The position numbers and the translations under genes were made by a program. Below, piece by piece: positions 58,580 through 64,000 of a stretch of 64,000 nt of DNA. Under the pieces are notes generated by a model, which saw only the letters and a program-made list of their open reading frames with translations, made no database searches and was not told the DNA's origin. The stretch lies in assembly GCA_043228905.1 (NCBI GenBank), contig JBHGNT010000004.1, positions 8,370,001 to 8,434,000 on the forward strand. Direction: 5' to 3'. The number at the start of each line of letters is the position of its first letter. Within the stretch, counting starts at the first letter, position 1. This stretch comes from Azolla caroliniana (lineage: Eukaryota; Plantae; Polypodiophyta).

Positions 58580-61500
58580 CTCTCTCTCTCTCTCTCTCTC
58601 TTTGTACACAGTTACACACTCCAATCTTGTAACAACAAGAATGACCACTTTTTTATCACTAAGTTTGCCCTAAGTCATATTTATACTAATATGACTTCTC
58701 GGCTATTTACAAATATAGCCCCAATGGACTCTCAGAAAACATATTTACGAATATGTCCCTTCATCTGGTGAGTACTTCTCACCGGGCCTTCACCATCCAG
58801 CTCTTGCCGAGTACTCGTCATCTGGTTCTCACCGGGTCTTCTGTTGCTGGGTACTCCACATCTGGTTTGCTCATCAACACTGTTCTTCTTACTTCCCATC
58901 CGGAGGGACCTGTTTCCTAACACACTCCCCCTTCACTCCACCATGGGATGTCGTACTAGTCCGATCCGCTTCCGACATGCATCCAGCTTGTCGGGTATCA
59001 GTACTTTGGTCAACATATCTGACCCGTTCTCGGATGTCTGGATCTTCGTGAGCGCGAACTCTCAATCTTCTACTCACTCCTGAATCCAGTGATACCTACG
59101 CTGGATGTGCTTCGTCCTGGAATGGTACGGTACGTTCTTAGCAAGGTGGATGGCACTTTGACTATCGCAATAGAGCCGGTATTCATCTTGCCGGATACCA
59201 AGCTCTCCTAACAAACTCCCCCTTCACTCCAGCATGGGATGTCGTACTAGTCCGATCCGCTTCCGACATGCATCCAGCTTGTCGGGTATCAGTACATTGG
59301 TCAGCATATCTGACCCGTTCTCGAATGTCTGGATCTTCGTGAGCGCGAACTCTCAATCTTCTACTCACTCCTGAATCCAGTGATACCTACGCTGGATGTG
59401 CTTCGTCCTGGAATGGTACGGTACGTTCTTAGCAAGGTGGGTGGCACTTTGACTATCGCAATAGAGCCGGTATTCATCTTGCCGGATACCAAGCTCTCCG
59501 ATCAAGTCCTTCATCCATAATATTTCCTTGTGGGCTTCCACAACTGCCATGTACTCCGCCTCCGTAGTTGACAATGCAACCGTCTTCTTTAGCCTCGACT
59601 ACCACGAAATAGCTCCGCCTGCATATGTCAATACATACCCAGATGTAGACGGCTGGTATCCATATCAGCCGACATGTCCGAATCGGTAAAACTGTCAAGT
59701 TGAGGTTTACCGAAGCCGAATCGAAGACACATATCCAAAGTGCCCTTCAAGTACCAGAGTATCCATTTGATCGCGTTCTAGTGCTCCTTGCCGAGATTGC
59801 TCATAAACCGGCTCACCACTCCGACTGCGTATCCTATATCCGGTCGGGTACACACCATTGCGTACATTAAGCTCCCGACGGCAGAGGCATATGGAACCTT
59901 CATCATATCAGCCTTCTCTGCTTTCGTCTTCGGGCTTTCCTTACCGGATAATCTCTAGTTTGTCGGGAGTGTCAATCCAATCGATTTCGCTTCTAACATG
60001 TTGAACCATTAAAGCACCTTTGTCACGTATTTCTCCTATGACAACCACAATTGCTTCTTTGACCGGTCCTGGATGATGTGCATCCCCAGTATCTGTCTTG
60101 CCGGGCCCAAGTCTTTCATTGCGAAGGTTCGATTGAGAGCCTTCTCTAGCATCCGTATTTTGGCTTGGTTCCGTTTGACAATCAACAAGTCATCCATGTA
60201 CAGAAGGAGTATCAAGTAGTCGCCTCCTTCGAACTTCTTCACAAACACGCAGTGATCGGCCTGCGTCTTGTGGTACCCTTTATCGGTCATGAAGGAGTCG
60301 AACTTCCGGTACCATTGTCGGGGAACCTCCTTCAGTCCGTACAGGCTCTTCTTCAACCGGCAAACCAGGTGCTCCTTCCCTTTCTCCACGAATCCTTCCG
60401 GTTGCTGCATGTAGATCTCCTCTTCGAGGTTACCGTGAAGGAATGTCGTCTTCACGTGCAGCTGCTCTACCTTGAGGTCCATGCTTGCTGCTATACTCAG
60501 CACTGTCCGGATGGAGGTCAACTTTACTACCGGGGCAAATATCTCGTCGAAGTCCACGCCCTTCTTCTGCTGGAACCCCTTCACCACGATCCTGGCTTTG
60601 TATCTCGGGGGGTTGCCGGCATCTCCCGATTTCAACTTGTACACCCACTTGTTTCGGAGTTCCCGCTTTCCTTTCGGCAACTCCACCAATTTGTACGTAT
60701 GGTTCTCATGCAGGGAATCCATCTCATCCTGCATGGCAGTTAACCATTTGCGGCTATGGGTGTCATCCTTCGCTTCTTCGAAGTTTTCCGGCTCTCCCTC
60801 ATTGGTCAGCAGCACATGCTCTGCATCCGGAAATCTCCGGGGGGCCCTTCACTCTCTAAAAAGATATCTCCGTCTTTGGCTTTCGGCTACCGGTTCCACT
60901 ATTTGTTCTTCATCCGAATCCGATTTGGGGTCTTGGCCGGTTCCGATTTCAGCTTCCTCTACTTCTTCTTCTGCCGGTTCGGTATACTCACCATAACCGG
61001 CTGGTTCCTCGAGTGTCAACCGGCTCTTAGCCGGGTCTGTCTGAATCTCATCGGAGTTCATTATCTTCTTCTCCGACTCCCAGTCGGCAAGAGTCTTGTC
61101 CTCCATGAAGCTAATATCTCGACTCCGGAAAACCTTCTTGTCAACCGGATCCCACACTCGGTAGCCGAACTCATCATCTGCCGTATCTGAGGAATATGCA
61201 TGGCCGGGTCTTTGGATCTAGCTTTCCTCTCCGGTCCTTAGCAACGTGCACCTACATGAAACACCCGAACACCTTCAGATGCCGGTAGGACACTTCCTTA
61301 CTGGTACACACCTTCTGCGGTGTGTCTCCATCCAAGGGCACTGAGGGTGATCTGTTTATCACATAGTTCGTTGTCAACAACGCCTCAGCCCAAAACGTCT
61401 TGGGTAAATTTGCATGAGCCAGCATACTCCGGACCATTTCCATTATGGTCCAGTTCACTCTCTTGGACAACCCATTTAGTTCCGGCGTCTTCGGCACGGT

Positions 61501-63792
61501 AAATTCGAGCCGGAATCCCTTCGAGCGACAATACTCCTCAAACCACCCCGAGTATTCACCTCCGTTATCTGCTCGAACTGCCTTTAGCTTCCCGCCGGTT
61601 TCTCTTTCTAGTCTCGCGTGGAGCTCTTTGGAGACGGATAGCACCTGATCCTTCGTCTTCAACGGTGTGGCCCACAGCTTCCGGCTGTGGTCATCTATGA
61701 AGGTCACGAAGTACTGCGATCCAGCATGTGACTTCGTGTCCACTTGACATACATCAGTATGCACCAAATCCAGAGGTGCATTACGTCTCATCGATGGCCT
61801 TGATCGGAATGAGGTCCGATTTTGTTTACCGGCCAGACAATCAGTGTCGGAAACAATGTTCACTTCTTCCGGGCATAATCGGGCATTGATCACGTACAAC
61901 GTGTTTACCTTCCGGGCTTGAACCACAATCAGGCTCCCTTTGCTGAACTTAATAACACCGTTCCGGATGCTACCCATGTAGCCTTCATCGTCTAGCCGAC
62001 CGGCTGATATCAGGTTCAGACGAACCTCCGGAACGTGTCGGATATCCTTCAGCAGCAGCTTGCATCCGGTTGGCGTTGTCAACCACACGTCTCCTATGCC
62101 GACAATTCGGCATCTACCTTCATTCCCCATCCGGACACAACCGTGATCACCGGTTGAGTAGGATGAGAAGCATTTCTGGTCTGGGGTAAGGTGGAAGGAT
62201 GCTCCAGAGTCGACCACCCAGGTCATCTCATCGCCGGCAAGGTTTAGCTCACTCTCCTCGGTGATGAGCATCAACTCTTCTTCACTTGCCGCGATTGCCG
62301 TCGTTCCCTTCCAGTCCGGCCCCGTCCGGTCCCGTGTCTGCTTCGAATCGGTACCGTCAGTTTCCTTGTCTTTTCGGAAGTGCCGATAGTTCTTCTGGAA
62401 GTGTCCCGACTTGCTGCAATAGAAGCAAGTAGGCCTCCCCCTTAACTTTGACCGTGTCCCCGACTTTTCCCGGTTCTGGGGGCTACGGTTCCTTTGTCTT
62501 CCGCGTTCGGATTTGGTAAGGAGCGCTTTGGAGTTGGAGCTCGTATCATTATCTTTCCAACAAGCCTCCTCATCTAGCAAGCTCGACTTCACTCTTGCTA
62601 GGGATAACCGTTTCCCTTCCGGTCCGGCGTTGCCCAAAGTGACAACCAACGTCTCCGAGCTATTTGGGAGGGAACCGAGAAGGAGTAGCACTAGTACCTC
62701 ATCGGCGAGAGGTACTTCCAATGATGTTTCCTGGTGGATCAGCCCCTGGAAGGCATTCATGTGCTCCGCCATGCTGGAGCCATCTTGGTACAGGAATCTT
62801 ACTAGCTTCCGAAATACCGAAACCTCATTAATAGCATTTTTGTTTTGAAACATAATGCCGATCTTCTCCCAGAGCTCATGAGCCTTGCTCTCTTCATTGA
62901 AGTTGTTGTATAGACTCATGTTGATGAAGCACCGTGCCATTGTCTTCATGTGCATCACCTCCCATATCGTGGCGACGATTTTGTCCAGTCTCTTGTCCCT
63001 GAACCGAACCGGCAACCAAAGATCTTTAACCACGAGCATGTCCCTCATCTTCGACTTCCACACCGAATAGTTGGAGCCGGTGAGCTTGAACATGCCTCCA
63101 AACGAATCGTCCATTTTCTGTGTCATTTCGCTCTGATACCACTTTGACAGGAATACATGCTCCCGATGAACAACGCTCGGCCACAACCAGGTCTAGGATC
63201 AAACACAGAAAACGGGTAATGTACGCATGACACAATGAAGAGAAGAAGAGTACACAGGATGTTAACGTGGAAAAACCCAAACTAGGGAAAAAACCACGGG
63301 AGCCCACAGACTGTAAACTATCACTATATCACAATGTACAATAGTAAAGCACCGAGGCAAGGACCTCGAGCTTGCTATCTTCGCCACATGCGGTGGTTAC
63401 AACAGAGGCAACGACCTCTTCCTCTCTCTCTCTCTCTCTGTACACAGTTACACACTCCAATCTTGCACCAACAAGAATGACCACTTTTTTATCACTAAGT
63501 TTGCCCTAAGTCATATTTATACTAATATGACTTTTTGACTATTTACAAATATAGCCCCGATGGACTCTCAGAAAACATATTTACGAATATGTCCCTTCAT
63601 CCGGTGAGAACTTCTTACCGGGCCTTCACCATCCGGTGAGAACTTCTCATCGGGCCTTCACCATCCAGCTCTTGTCCGGTACTTGTCATCCAGTTCTCAC
63701 CGGGTCTTCCATTGCCGGGTACTCGACATCCCGTTTTTGCTCATCGACACTGTTCTTCTCACTTCTCATCCGGAGGGACCTATTTCCTAACA
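58580..63792 (-). mobile_element. Near full-length decayed Tork-like copia
   Basis: 5' LTR 63145-63792, PBS-Met rc 63130-63141, gag-PR-IN frame 61252-63113, RT/RH with stops. The 3' LTR is retained only at 58580-58922 and is cut at its (CT)n. Confidence 0.93.
58915..59499. repeat. 291-bp tandem duplication containing RNase H end, PPT and LTR terminus
   Basis: ACTCCCCCTTCACTCC occurs at 58924 and 59215. TCC microhomology at the junction, and a few substitutions between copies. Confidence 0.9.
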
Positions 63793-64000
63793 CTCTTAAC
63801 ATAATATATATCTTTTGTTATCATCACTCTCTCTTTCTCTCTCTCTCCCTGACTCTTTTCTTCTCTCAAGAGTTCTACACTTCCGTTAGTACTAATCCTC
63901 ATCTTTTAGTACTAATTCCTTCTCTGTCTTAATACTTCTCTATCTTAGTACTGCTCCTGACACCATCTTACCCATAATCGAGAATGGTTACATAATTACA

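Larger units (their letters stand above)
53400..58580 (+). mobile_element. RTEX-like LINE, near full length, moderately decayed
   Basis: GCC/GTC-rich 5'UTR, coiled-coil ORF1, ORF2 with APE, RT and C-terminal LRISSHQLEIE-GR...RICRLC...EDEYHF..KC. (CTTT)n/(CT)n tail. Confidence 0.85.

Overview
Eukaryotic land-plant genomic DNA. The mix of transposon lineages suggests a seed-free plant such as a fern, which is an inference. About 85-90% of the window is nested retrotransposons. The single host gene is an 8-coding-exon 4-hydroxybenzoate polyprenyltransferase (PPT1/COQ2, + strand, 7091-10661, 372 aa after splicing). The rest comprises Ty1/copia elements (two with intact ~1358-aa polyproteins, one inserted into the LTR of the other), deleted copia derivatives and solo LTRs, two related L1-clade LINEs (one inside the other, 16-bp TSD), an RTEX-like LINE, a decayed chromovirus and a non-autonomous gypsy-like element primed by tRNA-Trp. 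I see no clear new protein-coding system. The best candidate signals are non-coding and sit in the LTRs. (i) An ENE-like U-rich internal loop, preceded by a chain of covarying hairpins, is conserved in 11 LTR copies. (ii) Antisense tRNA-like A-box/B-box cassettes occur in the U3 of two unrelated gypsy LTRs. (iii) TATA boxes are embedded in palindromes in several LTR families. In addition, sister copia elements appear to have swapped the Gag capsid domain. Coordinates were read by eye, and the ends of decayed elements are approximate.
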